From: Bacillota bacterium
GTDB taxonomy: Bacteria > Bacillota > SHA-98 > Ch115 > JABLXJ01
DNA: 64,000 bases
Assembly (NCBI GenBank): GCA_012839815.1
Contig: DUMQ01000058.1
Location: 63-64,062 of the forward strand
Direction: 5' to 3'
Below the pieces are notes generated by a model, which was not told the DNA's origin, made no database searches, and saw nothing but the letters and a program-made list of their open reading frames with translations. The translations under genes were made by a program, and so were the position numbers. This document shows, piece by piece, positions 9,012-19,232 of this stretch. The number at the start of each line of letters is the position of its first letter. Positions within the stretch are counted from its first letter, which is position 1.

Positions 9012-10259
9012 TTACCCCACCCTACGAATATCTGCACCGAGGCCTCGAAGCTTACCAACAATATCCTCGTAGCCTCTGTCTATATGCTGGACACCTGATA
9101 TCTCCGTCTCACCATCGGCGGCAAGGGCACCAAGGATAAGCGCAGCACCTCCCCGGAGGTCAGGGGCCTCAACATCGGCTCCGGTCAGAGACTCCACGCC
9201 CTCAACCACGGCTACGCGCCCTTCGAGCTTGATGTTGGCGCCCATACGGTGCAATTCATCAACATACCTGAAACGATTGGGGAAAATAGTCTCGGATATG
9301 ATGCTCGTGCCTCTTGCGATGCTCATCAAGGCCGTAACTTGCGGCTGCATATCTGTGGGGAACCCCGGGTAAGGCATGGACCTCACGCTTATAGCGGCCG
9401 GCCGCTGACCGGCGCTCACCCATATACTTGATTCCCTCGGCTGGACATCGATCCCTGCTTCACGGAGCTTGGATATGACTGCCTGGAGATGTTCGGGAAT
9501 CACATTCTCCACACAGGCAGCCCCCCCTGTAATTGCGATGGCACACATGTAAGTGCCGGCCTCGATCCGGTCGGGTATTATAGTATAGTCGATGCCTTCG
9601 AGCCGCCTTACACCGCGTACCTTGATCGTATCAGTTCCGGCCCCGATTATCCTGGCACCCATGCGGTTCAAGAAATTCTGCTGGTCGACAATCTCCGGCT
9701 CGCGCGCGGCATTGTGGATGATAGTAGTGCCCTCCGCAAAACACGCAGCCATCATTATGTTCTCAGTAGCGCCGACACTCGGAAGGTCCAGGTGAATCTC
9801 GGCGCCAACCAGTTTACGGGCCTCGGCAATTATGAAGCCGCGTTCCTCCTTTATCTTCGCGCCCAGGGCTGAAAAACCTTTCAAATGAAGGTCAATCGGC
9901 CTCGGACCGATATCGCACCCACCCGGCTGCCGGACCCTTACTCTCCCCAAGCGTGCAAGGAGAGGGCCCATAACCTGGATGGATGCGCGCATCTCCCTAA
10001 CCAGCTCCTCCGGGGGTTCATATCCTGAAAGGCTTGAAGGGTCTACGACTATCCGGCCCGACTCGGCGCGGGCCTTAGCCCCGAGGCCCTGGAGAACACC
10101 AATCATTGTGGAAACATCTGTAATCATCGGGGCGTTGGAGAAAATACAGCACCCATCCGCGAGAAGCGAGGCAGCCATAACCTTAAGGATAGAGTTCTTG
10201 GCGCCGCTCACCTTGACGCTACCCTCAAGCCTCCGCCCCCCCGTGATCTTCAATTTCAT
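9012..10259 (-). CDS. murA: UDP-N-acetylglucosamine 1-carboxyvinyltransferase MurA
   Basis: KLKITGGRRLEGSVKVSGAKNS and the active-site Cys context QPGGCDIGPRPIDLH identify MurA. ATG 10259 follows GGGAGGG. Confidence 0.93.
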   Translation of the reverse strand: MKLKITGGRRLEGSVKVSGAKNSILKVMAASLLADGCCIFSNAPMITDVSTMIGVLQGLGAKARAESGRIVVDPSSLSGYEPPEELVREMRASIQVMGPLLARLGRVRVRQPGGCDIGPRPIDLHLKGFSALGAKIKEERGFIIAEARKLVGAEIHLDLPSVGATENIMMAACFAEGTTIIHNAAREPEIVDQQNFLNRMGARIIGAGTDTIKVRGVRRLEGIDYTIIPDRIEAGTYMCAIAITGGAACVENVIPEHLQAVISKLREAGIDVQPRESSIWVSAGQRPAAISVRSMPYPGFPTDMQPQVTALMSIARGTSIISETIFPNRFRYVDELHRMGANIKLEGRVAVVEGVESLTGADVEAPDLRGGAALILGALAADGETEISGVQHIDRGYEDIVGKLRGLGADIRRVG

Positions 10260-10284
10260 CAGCGGTCCCTCCCGGGTCTCCATC

Positions 10285-11229
10285 CTACCCACCAATGACT
10301 CGTATCTCCGGCTCCAAGACAACACCAAACCGCTCGAACACGCGCAACCGCACCTCTTCCATAAGAGCCATCACATCGCTCGCCTTCGCATTGCCGAGGT
10401 TGATGATGAAATTGGCGTGTTTCGGCGACACCTGGGCATCCCCGATTCGCAGGCCCTTCAAGCCCGCGGCGTCAATGTACCGGCCCGCACCGCCGCCTGA
10501 CGGGTTCTTAAAGACACACCCGGCGCTCGGGGAAGAGAGAGGCTGCTTGGAGGCCCGCTCTGCGAGCAGCCTTTCAGTTCTCTCTATTATCTGGTCGCGG
10601 TCCTCTTTCACAAGACACAACCTCACGCTTATGACGATTGAGGTGCCATCGTCCAGGAGCTTCGTCCCGCGATTCCTGAATCCAAGGTTGGCCGCATCCA
10701 GATTCATCAGGGTCCCATCTTCTCTAAGAATCAGGACGCCAGCCACAACATCCTGCATTGAACACCCGTAGGCGCCTGCATTCATCACGGTTGCGCCGCC
10801 TACACTCCCCGGGATCCCTCCGGCGAACTCCAGGCCGGCAAGGCCATGCTCCGCCGCCCGCCTGGCCACATGCGGCAGGAGCGCTCCGGCACCCGCCATA
10901 ATGCTGGCGCACCGGCCCCGCTCTCTTCCATCCTGCCCTTCTTCGCCTATCTCTATCTCGTTGAGCGTCCCACCCAGCTTTATGACTGCGCCGCGGATCC
11001 CGTTATCGGATACCAAGAGATTGGTCCCGTTACCTATGACGATGAAATCTATATGATGCTCGCGGAGCCATGAAACGGCCACCCTGAGATCATCGAGGTT
11101 ATAGGGCACAATGAAAATATCTGCCGGACCCCCGATTCGAAAGGAAGTATGATTGCGCATCGGCTCACGGATCCTGACCTCGCCCTTTAGCACGGTCCTG
11201 AGGGCTGAAAATACCTGTTCCGGTTCCAC
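10285..11229 (-). CDS. murB: UDP-N-acetylenolpyruvoylglucosamine reductase MurB
   Basis: A FAD-binding N-terminus (NHTSFRIGGPAD) and a MurB C-terminal domain are present. GTG 11229 follows GGAGGAG and lies immediately after the murC stop. Confidence 0.9.
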   Translation of the reverse strand: MEPEQVFSALRTVLKGEVRIREPMRNHTSFRIGGPADIFIVPYNLDDLRVAVSWLREHHIDFIVIGNGTNLLVSDNGIRGAVIKLGGTLNEIEIGEEGQDGRERGRCASIMAGAGALLPHVARRAAEHGLAGLEFAGGIPGSVGGATVMNAGAYGCSMQDVVAGVLILREDGTLMNLDAANLGFRNRGTKLLDDGTSIVISVRLCLVKEDRDQIIERTERLLAERASKQPLSSPSAGCVFKNPSGGGAGRYIDAAGLKGLRIGDAQVSPKHANFIINLGNAKASDVMALMEEVRLRVFERFGVVLEPEIRVIGG

Positions 11230-11231
11230 GT

Positions 11232-12656
11232 TTACTTGCACTCCTCCAGCAGGTCCACAAACTCCCTCGCCGCCAGCCATATATCGCCAGCGCCCATGGT
11301 CACGACGAGATCGCCGGACTTCGTAATCTTGAGCAACCGAGGGGCTATATCCCTTCTTTGAGGCACGAATATGACCTCACGGCCCTCAAACTCGCTTATG
11401 GCCCTGGCGAGCGCCTCCCCGGTCACGCCAGGTATAGGTTTCTCGCCTGTACCCTCATGATATATGTCATTGATCACGATGACATCGGCAGCCGAAAAGG
11501 CCCTGGCGAATTCGTCCATGAGGAGCTGCGTCCTGGTAAATCTCTGCGGCTGGAAAACCACGACCAGGCGTCTCCCGCCACTTCCTTCCTTCAAAGCCTC
11601 GAGCGTAGCCTTTATTTCCGTGGGGTGATGCGCATAGTCATCCAGCACGAGGATCCCCTGCTTTTCACCTATGAATTGGCAACGTCTCTTCGCTCCCTTG
11701 AAGAGCGCCAGCGCCTCTGAAATAATGTCGAAACCCAACCCTATTTCCATGCCAACCGAGCAACATGCCAGGGCATTGTATATATTATGCCGGCCCGGAA
11801 CTTTGAGTTCCACCCTGCCGGTGACTTTACCGTCCTTGACAACCTGGAATGTCGAGCCCAAACCGGTTATAGATATCTCGCGCGCCATGAACATGGCTTC
11901 TTTGCGGATGCCATAGGTTACGACCCTGATCCTGGAGGCCACCTCGCCTGCTATGCGCTCGATCCTTTCATCATCAGCGCACAGCACAGCGGCACCCCGC
12001 GGGTCGGCATTCAACAAAAACCTCCGAAAGGCGTCTACCAGGTTTTGAACGTTCCCGTAATAGTCAAGATGGTCGTTATCTATATTGGTGACAACAGCGA
12101 TGGTTGGGCGGAGTTCGAGAAACGAGCCGTAAGCCTCATCAGCCTCCGCCACAAGATACCTGCCCCTGCCGAGCCTGCCCCCACCGCCCAGATAGCTCAA
12201 CTCGCCTCCCACCAGGACTGTGGGGTCAAGGCCGGCTCGCTGCAACATGAATGCTATCATCGAAGTTGTGGTTGTCTTGCCGTGGCTCCCCGTAATTGCT
12301 ATGCTGTAATGCTCGTCCATGAGCCGGCCCAACATCTGCGCCCTTGTTATCACGGGCACCCCTCTGGCCTTTGCAGCCCTCACCTCGACGTTGTCTTCGG
12401 GCACGGCGACACTTATCACCACAAGGTCGGCCTCTGAGACGTGCGAAGCATCATGGCCTATGTAAACGCGCGCCCCGGCCGCGGCAAGGTCTCCGGTCCT
12501 GCTTGAGGCCTTTATGTCGGACCCCGATACGCTATGGCCCATATCCATGAGCACCCTGGCCAGCGAGCTCATGCCATATCCGCCGATTCCCACAAAATGG
12601 ATATGCTTGGATTCCTTCATAACCTGCCATATCACTTCCCTCGTTTGCAGTTCCAT
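11232..12656 (-). CDS. murC: UDP-N-acetylmuramate--L-alanine ligase MurC
   Basis: HIHFVGIGGYGMSSLA, GSHGKTTTTSM and DDYAHHPTEI identify MurC. The start may instead be the internal ATG at 12620 (MKESKHIHF). Confidence 0.92.
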   Translation of the reverse strand: MELQTREVIWQVMKESKHIHFVGIGGYGMSSLARVLMDMGHSVSGSDIKASSRTGDLAAAGARVYIGHDASHVSEADLVVISVAVPEDNVEVRAAKARGVPVITRAQMLGRLMDEHYSIAITGSHGKTTTTSMIAFMLQRAGLDPTVLVGGELSYLGGGGRLGRGRYLVAEADEAYGSFLELRPTIAVVTNIDNDHLDYYGNVQNLVDAFRRFLLNADPRGAAVLCADDERIERIAGEVASRIRVVTYGIRKEAMFMAREISITGLGSTFQVVKDGKVTGRVELKVPGRHNIYNALACCSVGMEIGLGFDIISEALALFKGAKRRCQFIGEKQGILVLDDYAHHPTEIKATLEALKEGSGGRRLVVVFQPQRFTRTQLLMDEFARAFSAADVIVINDIYHEGTGEKPIPGVTGEALARAISEFEGREVIFVPQRRDIAPRLLKITKSGDLVVTMGAGDIWLAAREFVDLLEECK

Positions 12657-12754
12657 TTACGAGATCCATATTGCGGTCACATATTATGTTATGTTTATAG
12701 CTGCATGCATGTTACGCATCCCCTGCTCACATTTATCCTTCTCTCTTTTATGCC

Positions 12755-13888
12755 CTATGCTCCTCCTTTTCGCCTCGCAAGCGATTTGACCAGCTTGACG
12801 AGCTCGCCCGTTGCCTCAGGCCGCCCCAGCCCTTTGCTCCTGGTCGCCATCTCTCGAAGCGCATCCCTGTCCCGGAGCAGGTCAAGAACGCTCGCCGCAA
12901 GGCTCGGGCCATTTAAATCCGGCTCGAGGATCACGCGAGCAGCCCCGCTTGACTCAAGAGCCCTGGCGTTCCGCTCTTGATGATGTTCCGCCGCAGTAGG
13001 CAGGGGTATGAGTATCGCCGGCAACCCGCGGGCCGTGATCTCTGCAATTGAAATGGCCCCGGCCCGGCTGACGACCAGGTCAGCAGCGGCAAGCGCATTT
13101 TCCATATCATAGAGGTAGGGCGTCACGATAATCCCCTCGCGACCGCGACCACCATCGTATAGATTGCGAGCGCGCAGTTCCCCGCACACCCTATCATAAT
13201 CCAGCTTCCCCGTCTGGTGCACAATCTGGAGATCCGGCATCCCCTGCAATAGCAGCGGAAACGCCTCGATCATGGCCTGGTTGATGGCCCGGGAGCCCTG
13301 GCTCCCGCCAAACACGAGAAGGGTTGGCTTCTGCGGGTCGAGCCCGAGAGACGCGCTGCCGCCAGCTCGGGTCGCGGCCAAAACGGATGGGCGGACCGGG
13401 TTACCCGTGACCACCACCCTGCCGGGCCTGCGGAAGTACCTGACTGATTCGCTGTAGGTGGCCGCTACGACATCAACAAAAGCCGATAAGATCCGGTTTG
13501 TCACGCCGGGTATGGCGTTTTGCTCGTGAATGAGCGCGGGTATTTTGAGGAGCTTGGCCACCATGACAACGGGACCGCATACGTAGCCACCAGTGCCAAC
13601 CACCACGTCAGGCCGGAAGCTCCTGATAATCGCGAGAGCCTGCCAGCACCCCTTGCATGCCATTACGACCGTCTTTGCTGTTTTCAAGGAAACCCTTCGT
13701 TCAAAGCCGGCAATATCGATAGTGGCGAGCCTGTAACCCCTTCGCGGCACGATCTCGTTTTCGAGGCCCCGGCGCGAACCGACGAAGAGCACCTCCACAT
13801 CCTCTCCGGAGGCCGTGAGGGCGTCCGCGATCGTTATGCCCGGATATATATGGCCGCCCGTCCCACCGCCGGCGAACAAGACTCTCAT
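12755..13888 (-). CDS. murG: UDP-GlcNAc:undecaprenyl-PP-MurNAc-pentapeptide GlcNAc transferase MurG
   Basis: MRVLFAGGGTGGHIYPGI and the GT28 fold identify MurG. Confidence 0.93.
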   Translation of the reverse strand: MRVLFAGGGTGGHIYPGITIADALTASGEDVEVLFVGSRRGLENEIVPRRGYRLATIDIAGFERRVSLKTAKTVVMACKGCWQALAIIRSFRPDVVVGTGGYVCGPVVMVAKLLKIPALIHEQNAIPGVTNRILSAFVDVVAATYSESVRYFRRPGRVVVTGNPVRPSVLAATRAGGSASLGLDPQKPTLLVFGGSQGSRAINQAMIEAFPLLLQGMPDLQIVHQTGKLDYDRVCGELRARNLYDGGRGREGIIVTPYLYDMENALAAADLVVSRAGAISIAEITARGLPAILIPLPTAAEHHQERNARALESSGAARVILEPDLNGPSLAASVLDLLRDRDALREMATRSKGLGRPEATGELVKLVKSLARRKGGA

Positions 13889-13936
13889 CGATCTTCATGC
13901 CCCTTCTCTTAGAATCATTTCCATTTCATATCTCTC

Positions 13937-15142
13937 TCAGTCGATATTAGCGAATTTGGAAACGTTCAACAGAATACCCAGCGCCCCCATTGTCATAACA
14001 AGCGATGAACCCCCAAAGCTTATGAGCGGCAAGGTAATACCTGTGATCGGGAAGGTCCCCGTTACAACCCCAATATTTATGACCGCCTGCAGGATTATCA
14101 TAGTTGTTATCCCTACGGCGAGATAGCTTCCGAAGGCATCGGGCGCGGCCAGGGCCACCCTGAAACCCCTCCACGCCAGGAGAAAAAACAGGAATACGAC
14201 TGCAAGTGCTCCTATAAGGCCGAGTTCCTCTCCTATGATCGCGAAGATGAAGTCCGTGTGCTGGGCTGGCAGGTAGAGAAATTTCTGGCGGCTCCTGCCC
14301 AGTCCGAGGCCGAACAGCCCTCCTGAACCAAGGGCCAGGAGGGACTGGATGATGTGAAATCCGGACCCGAGGGGATCGTCCCAGGGGTGAAGAAAGGCTA
14401 GGAACCGCCGGCGCCTGTAAGGTTCAAGCATCATCACCGCTATGAACGCAGGCAGACCCAGGGTTGCAAGGCCAATGAGATGTGAGAGCCTGGCGCCTGC
14501 CACGAAAACCAAAACGAGGCCCGTACCGACAGCGGTCGTAGCGGTTCCAAGATCAGGCTCGAGCATTATCAGCCCAAAAATTACGGTGATAAGCATAAGG
14601 GGCGGCATGAGGCCGAGGAAGAAGCTCTTTAGGCTATCCCGGCGCTCGGCGAAGAACCTGGACAGGAAAAAGATCATCGCTATCTTACTCAACTCGGACG
14701 GTTGTACGTGAGCGGGGCCCAGGTCGATCCACCGCCTTGAGCCCCCCATCTCCTTGCCTATCCCCGGCACCAGCACCAGCGCGAGGAGCGCCAGGACGCC
14801 GATGAGGATCAAGCCTGCAAAACGGTACCATATCCTGTAATCAATGCGCATGGTGACCAGCATCGTACAGATACCTATGAGCGTCCAGGCAAGCTGCAGC
14901 TTGAGGAAGTAATATGCGTCCTTATAGACGGTAAGCGCCCTTACGGAACTTGCGCTGAAAACCATAACCACCCCGATGCCGAGGAGGGCCAGGGTTACGG
15001 CAAATATAAGGACATCAGGCGAGCCACTGCCGGGCGAGCCCTGATCGAGGCCTGAGGGTACCGGCCGCGACACAGGCCTTGATCTTGAACGTGATCTCAA
15101 TCGCGACCCTGGTGTCTGGCCAGCCATAGTCCGCCTCGCCAT
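13937..15142 (-). CDS. ftsW: SEDS peptidoglycan glycosyltransferase FtsW/SpoVE
   Basis: It has 10 TM helices and SEDS family motifs. ATG 15142 follows AGAGGGAGGGA. It sits between mraY and murG. Confidence 0.9.
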   Translation of the reverse strand: MARRTMAGQTPGSRLRSRSRSRPVSRPVPSGLDQGSPGSGSPDVLIFAVTLALLGIGVVMVFSASSVRALTVYKDAYYFLKLQLAWTLIGICTMLVTMRIDYRIWYRFAGLILIGVLALLALVLVPGIGKEMGGSRRWIDLGPAHVQPSELSKIAMIFFLSRFFAERRDSLKSFFLGLMPPLMLITVIFGLIMLEPDLGTATTAVGTGLVLVFVAGARLSHLIGLATLGLPAFIAVMMLEPYRRRRFLAFLHPWDDPLGSGFHIIQSLLALGSGGLFGLGLGRSRQKFLYLPAQHTDFIFAIIGEELGLIGALAVVFLFFLLAWRGFRVALAAPDAFGSYLAVGITTMIILQAVINIGVVTGTFPITGITLPLISFGGSSLVMTMGALGILLNVSKFANID

Positions 15143-15285
15143 ATCAACATATCCCTCCCTCTGTCGAAACCTATCGCAACAAGCATACCTATCGCAACGG
15201 GCTTGCACACGCCGCAACAAGCCTGCGTGCGTAATCCACATAACGCAATTTACGTAATGAGCTTACAAGCTCACCACACCCTCAC

Positions 15286-16248
15286 TCACCATACTCCCGA
15301 GATAACAAGCCCCAGGACGGCGAAAATCGCAGCAATTATCCAGAACCGCACGACCACCTGCGGTTCTGCCCAGCCTGATAGCTCAAAATGGTGGTGAAGG
15401 GGGCTCATCTTGAACACCCTCTTGCCATGGGTAAATCTAAAATAAACCACCTGGATGATGACGGAGATGGTTTCGACGACAAACACCCCTCCTATCACCA
15501 CCAGCAGGAGTTCCGTCTTGGTCAGGACAGCGAGGGAACCCAGGGCGGCTCCGAGGGCCAGGGATCCTGTATCACCCATGAATATCTGAGCGGGATGGGC
15601 GTTAAACCAGGAAAATCCAATGCACGCCCCTGCGATAGCGGCGGCGAAAACCCCCAGGTCAGGCCGGCCGATCCTGAAGGCGATGATGGCGTAGGCCAGG
15701 GCGGCTATAGCCGTCGCCCCCGCGGCGAGGCCATCGAGCCCATCCGTCAGGTTGACGGCATTTGAGGCACCAACCACTACAAATATTGCAAACGGCACAT
15801 AAAGGAGGCCCAATTCGAGTTGCTTGCCCCAAAATGGTACGAGGACCGTGGTTCCAAGCTCGGGCCTGCTCGCAACAAACAGGCCCAGGAGTCCCGCTAT
15901 AACAATCTGGCCTATCAGCTTCTGGCGCGCTCGCAGCCCCAGGGATCTCCGGGTTACGACAATCAAGAAATCATCGATGAGCCCGATGAGGCCATAGCCG
16001 AGGGTAACGAAGAGCGCCCAGGGAACGAGAACGGCGTTCCTCGCGAAGGCAAAGGTTGCGGCAGCTACCGCTATGAGGATTATCACTCCCCCCATCGTCG
16101 GGATGCCGGCCTTGGCCAGGTGTCGTTTGGGACCGTCTTGCCGGACCGCCTGGCCGAATCTCAGTCGCCGCAATTCCCTGATAGAGCCCGGGCCTATGAG
16201 GAGTGCTATCGCAAATGCCAAGAGGGACGAGTAGACGGCCTGAATCAT
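15286..16248 (-). CDS. mraY: Phospho-N-acetylmuramoyl-pentapeptide transferase MraY
   Basis: The MraY TM topology and conserved DD/NLTDGLDGL motifs are present. The ATG overlaps the murF stop (TAATG). Confidence 0.93.
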   Translation of the reverse strand: MIQAVYSSLLAFAIALLIGPGSIRELRRLRFGQAVRQDGPKRHLAKAGIPTMGGVIILIAVAAATFAFARNAVLVPWALFVTLGYGLIGLIDDFLIVVTRRSLGLRARQKLIGQIVIAGLLGLFVASRPELGTTVLVPFWGKQLELGLLYVPFAIFVVVGASNAVNLTDGLDGLAAGATAIAALAYAIIAFRIGRPDLGVFAAAIAGACIGFSWFNAHPAQIFMGDTGSLALGAALGSLAVLTKTELLLVVIGGVFVVETISVIIQVVYFRFTHGKRVFKMSPLHHHFELSGWAEPQVVVRFWIIAAIFAVLGLVISGVW

Positions 16249-17651
16249 TAAAACCCCACCTCTAACAGCGCCTCTGCAAGTCGCTCCATACCCATCGCCC
16301 TGGAGCCCTTTATGAGGACGGCGTCGCCCGGTCGAACCTCAGCCACGAGGGTTGGGAGCGCCTCCAGAGTCTCACTAAAGTGCCTGATCCTCGAGGCCTG
16401 CATCCCAACTCGTTCAGCCTCGACACCTATGAGCCTGGCCGAATCCCCCACAGTCATAAGAACATCGACATCGAAGCCTACAACGCACCTCCCTACCTCC
16501 CTGTGAGCCTCATCTCGAAGCTCGCCTAGCTCCAGCATGTTACCGAGCACCGCTATCTTGCGCCGGCCGCTTCCCAGCTCCCTCAGGGTTTCAAGGGCGG
16601 ACTTGACGGAAACCGGGTTCGCATTGTAGGCGTCATTGATCACCAGCACGTCCCGGCCGGTCCTGCTGACCTGCATCCGCATGGGAGCTGGCACAAAGTC
16701 GCGGAGCCCGTCGGCTATGGTTGGCAGGTCGAAGTCGAGTGCTATGGCCGCTCCCGCTGCCGCCAGGGCATTGTAGACGTTGTGGCGCCCGGGTATGGGT
16801 ATAACGACTTCCTGGCACCTGCCGCCGTAATGAAATCGGGCGCTCGTCCCATCAATGCCCAGGCCCCGGATATCGCTCGCTTGGATATCCGCATTACTTT
16901 TGATGCCGTAGGTTACGACCCTGGCCATGGTCCTACCCTGCATGCTTATGACAAGTGGATCATCGGCATTCAACACGGCGACCCCGTGCCGGGGCAGCGC
17001 CTCGACGAGCTCGGCCTTGGCCCTGGCGATGTTCTCGCGGGAGCCGAGAAGCTCCATATGGGCCACCCCCACATTCGTAACGACACCTATATCGGGCCTC
17101 GCGATTGCAGCCAGGGACTTTATCTCACCGAGAGCCCTCATACCGAGCTCCACAACCCCGGCCTCGAACGTCTCATCGATCCTGGCAAGGGTGAGGGGCA
17201 GCCCGATCTCATTATTATAATTGGCCTCGGTCCTCAGGGTCCTGAAACGCCTCGCGAGAACGTAGTAGATCATATCCTTGGTCGTGGTCTTGCCCGTACT
17301 GCCGGTGACTGCAATGATAGGTATATCGAACCTGGACCTGATATGCCTCGCTATGTCCCAGAGCGCCTGGAGTGTATCGCGGACCTTGATAATAACCCTG
17401 GCTTCGCCGGCGGCGCTCACATCCCCGGCATCGACATTCTTCGAGACCACCGCCCCGGCCGCCCCTCCCGCGAAAGCCGCTCCAACGAAGTCATGCCCGT
17501 CAAAGCGGGGTCCCTGCAAGGCTATGAATAATCTGCCCGCCACTTCCCCGCGCGAATCTGTGGAAATGCCGGAAAACACGGCTGCGGCTTCGCCTGCTAC
17601 AAGCGTGCCTCCCGTAGCTTCAATTACTTCCCTTGCCGACAGTACAGGCAT
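16248..17651 (-). CDS. murF: UDP-MurNAc-tripeptide--D-Ala-D-Ala ligase MurF
   Basis: The Mur ligase domains and TGSTGKTTTKDM P-loop are present. ATG 17651 follows GGAGAGG; the track ORF starts with TTG at 17669. Confidence 0.92.
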   Translation of the reverse strand: MPVLSAREVIEATGGTLVAGEAAAVFSGISTDSRGEVAGRLFIALQGPRFDGHDFVGAAFAGGAAGAVVSKNVDAGDVSAAGEARVIIKVRDTLQALWDIARHIRSRFDIPIIAVTGSTGKTTTKDMIYYVLARRFRTLRTEANYNNEIGLPLTLARIDETFEAGVVELGMRALGEIKSLAAIARPDIGVVTNVGVAHMELLGSRENIARAKAELVEALPRHGVAVLNADDPLVISMQGRTMARVVTYGIKSNADIQASDIRGLGIDGTSARFHYGGRCQEVVIPIPGRHNVYNALAAAGAAIALDFDLPTIADGLRDFVPAPMRMQVSRTGRDVLVINDAYNANPVSVKSALETLRELGSGRRKIAVLGNMLELGELRDEAHREVGRCVVGFDVDVLMTVGDSARLIGVEAERVGMQASRIRHFSETLEALPTLVAEVRPGDAVLIKGSRAMGMERLAEALLEVGF

Positions 17652-19152
17652 GGCCCATCCTCTCCTCAAGGATCTCCCGTGCTACTTCCCTATCATCGAA
17701 GTGTATCGTCCTGTCACGGAATATCTGGTAAGTCTCATGCCCCTTGCCCGCTATTATCACGATATCGCCGCGACCAGCCAGGTTTATCGCCCTCTCGATG
17801 GCGCTCCTGCGGTCAACGATCACCTCATACTCCTCTCCGTTCTCCCTCACCGCGCGCACGCCAGCTTCGATCTCGGCACAAATGCTCGCCGGGTCCTCGC
17901 TGCGAGGGTTGTCGGAGGTTATGATCACATAATCGGCCAGCCTCGCGGCTATCCCCCCCATTACGGGCCGCTTGGTCCTGTCCCTGTCTCCCCCGCAACC
18001 AAAGACAACGATCTTCCGTCCCGAGACAAATTGCCTCGCCGCATTCAGGATGTTCTCGAGCCCGTCGGGCGTGTGAGCATAATCAACTACCACCGCAAAA
18101 TCCTGACCAGCATCTACAGATTCAAACCGGCCGGGGACGCCCCTGACCTTCTCAAGACCCATTTTGACGTGCTCAAGGTTAAGACCCGCCTTGACCCCGA
18201 CCCCCACTGCGGCAAGGGCATTATAGACATTGAACATCCCCTTCAACTTCATGTTGAGAGCGACCGTCCCGGCAGGTGTAGCGGCCTCGAAGGAAATGCC
18301 GGTGAGCCCGAGGCGCACGTTAAGCGCCCTGATATCGGCCTCATTTCTGACTCCGTACGTGACGACCTCCGCCGGAGTCCCCTCGACAATGCGGGGGGTG
18401 TTGGGATCATCTATGTTCACCACGGCGACCTTGGGGCATTTCTTGACATTCTCATGCGAGTCGGCCCCGAGCCCCTTAAAAAACTTCGCCTTGGCGGCCA
18501 CATAATTGTCGAAAGTCTTGTGGAAATCAAGATGATCCTGGGTTATATTGGTGAAAACCCCCATATCGAATTCCAGCCCAGATATCCTGTCAAGGGCTAT
18601 TGCATGAGAAGAGACCTCCATGGCCACGGCCTTCATACCGGACCTGACCATTCGATCAAGAAGTTCCGCAAGGTCAGAGGATTCGGGAGTTGTGTGTTTA
18701 GCTGGCACTATCTCCCTCCCGATGACGTTTTGAATGGTCCCGATGACGCCTGTTGGGCAACCAGCCTCCTCGAACATGGACTTCACAAGATAAGTGGTGG
18801 TGGTCTTCCCATTGGTCCCGGTTATACCGACGAGGGTGAGTTTGCCTGACGGGTTGTCGTAGAAAGCCTTCGCCAGCGATCCCAGGGCGCGCCTTGTATC
18901 GGGAACCTTCACAACGGCTACATCGGGTCCTGCATCACCTATATCCCTTTCGACTACGACGGCTCTCGCCCCGCGTTTCACCGCATCCGCGATGAAATCA
19001 TGCCCGTCGTATTTCTCCCCTTTTATGCATACAAAGAGGTAACCTGGCCTCACGATCCGCGAATCATAAGTGATGCCCGCGATCTCCACCTGGCTGTTAC
19101 CGGTTATGGACTTATCATGCAACGCCCCTGCAAGATAGCCAAGGGTTACCAT
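17620..19152 (-). CDS. murE: UDP-MurNAc-L-Ala-D-Glu--2,6-diaminopimelate (or L-Lys) ligase MurE
   Basis: YDSRIVRPGYLFVCIKGEKYDGHDF and GTNGKTTTTYL identify MurE. ATG 19152 follows GGAAGGTGGA. Confidence 0.92.
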   Translation of the reverse strand: MVTLGYLAGALHDKSITGNSQVEIAGITYDSRIVRPGYLFVCIKGEKYDGHDFIADAVKRGARAVVVERDIGDAGPDVAVVKVPDTRRALGSLAKAFYDNPSGKLTLVGITGTNGKTTTTYLVKSMFEEAGCPTGVIGTIQNVIGREIVPAKHTTPESSDLAELLDRMVRSGMKAVAMEVSSHAIALDRISGLEFDMGVFTNITQDHLDFHKTFDNYVAAKAKFFKGLGADSHENVKKCPKVAVVNIDDPNTPRIVEGTPAEVVTYGVRNEADIRALNVRLGLTGISFEAATPAGTVALNMKLKGMFNVYNALAAVGVGVKAGLNLEHVKMGLEKVRGVPGRFESVDAGQDFAVVVDYAHTPDGLENILNAARQFVSGRKIVVFGCGGDRDRTKRPVMGGIAARLADYVIITSDNPRSEDPASICAEIEAGVRAVRENGEEYEVIVDRRSAIERAINLAGRGDIVIIAGKGHETYQIFRDRTIHFDDREVAREILEERMGHACTVGKGSN

Positions 19153-19232
19153 TTTATCCACCTTCCACAAAAAATGCCGATCCCTTCAAAGGATATTATG
19201 GCTTGGGGATCGGGGTTTATACTGGCCGGCAT

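Noticed and set aside
16782-18849. Long plus-strand ORFs (249 aa and 523 aa) antisense to murF and murE
   Set aside because: These are typical GC-rich shadow ORFs, fully antisense to confidently assigned Mur ligases. They have no RBS and a Pro/Arg-rich composition.
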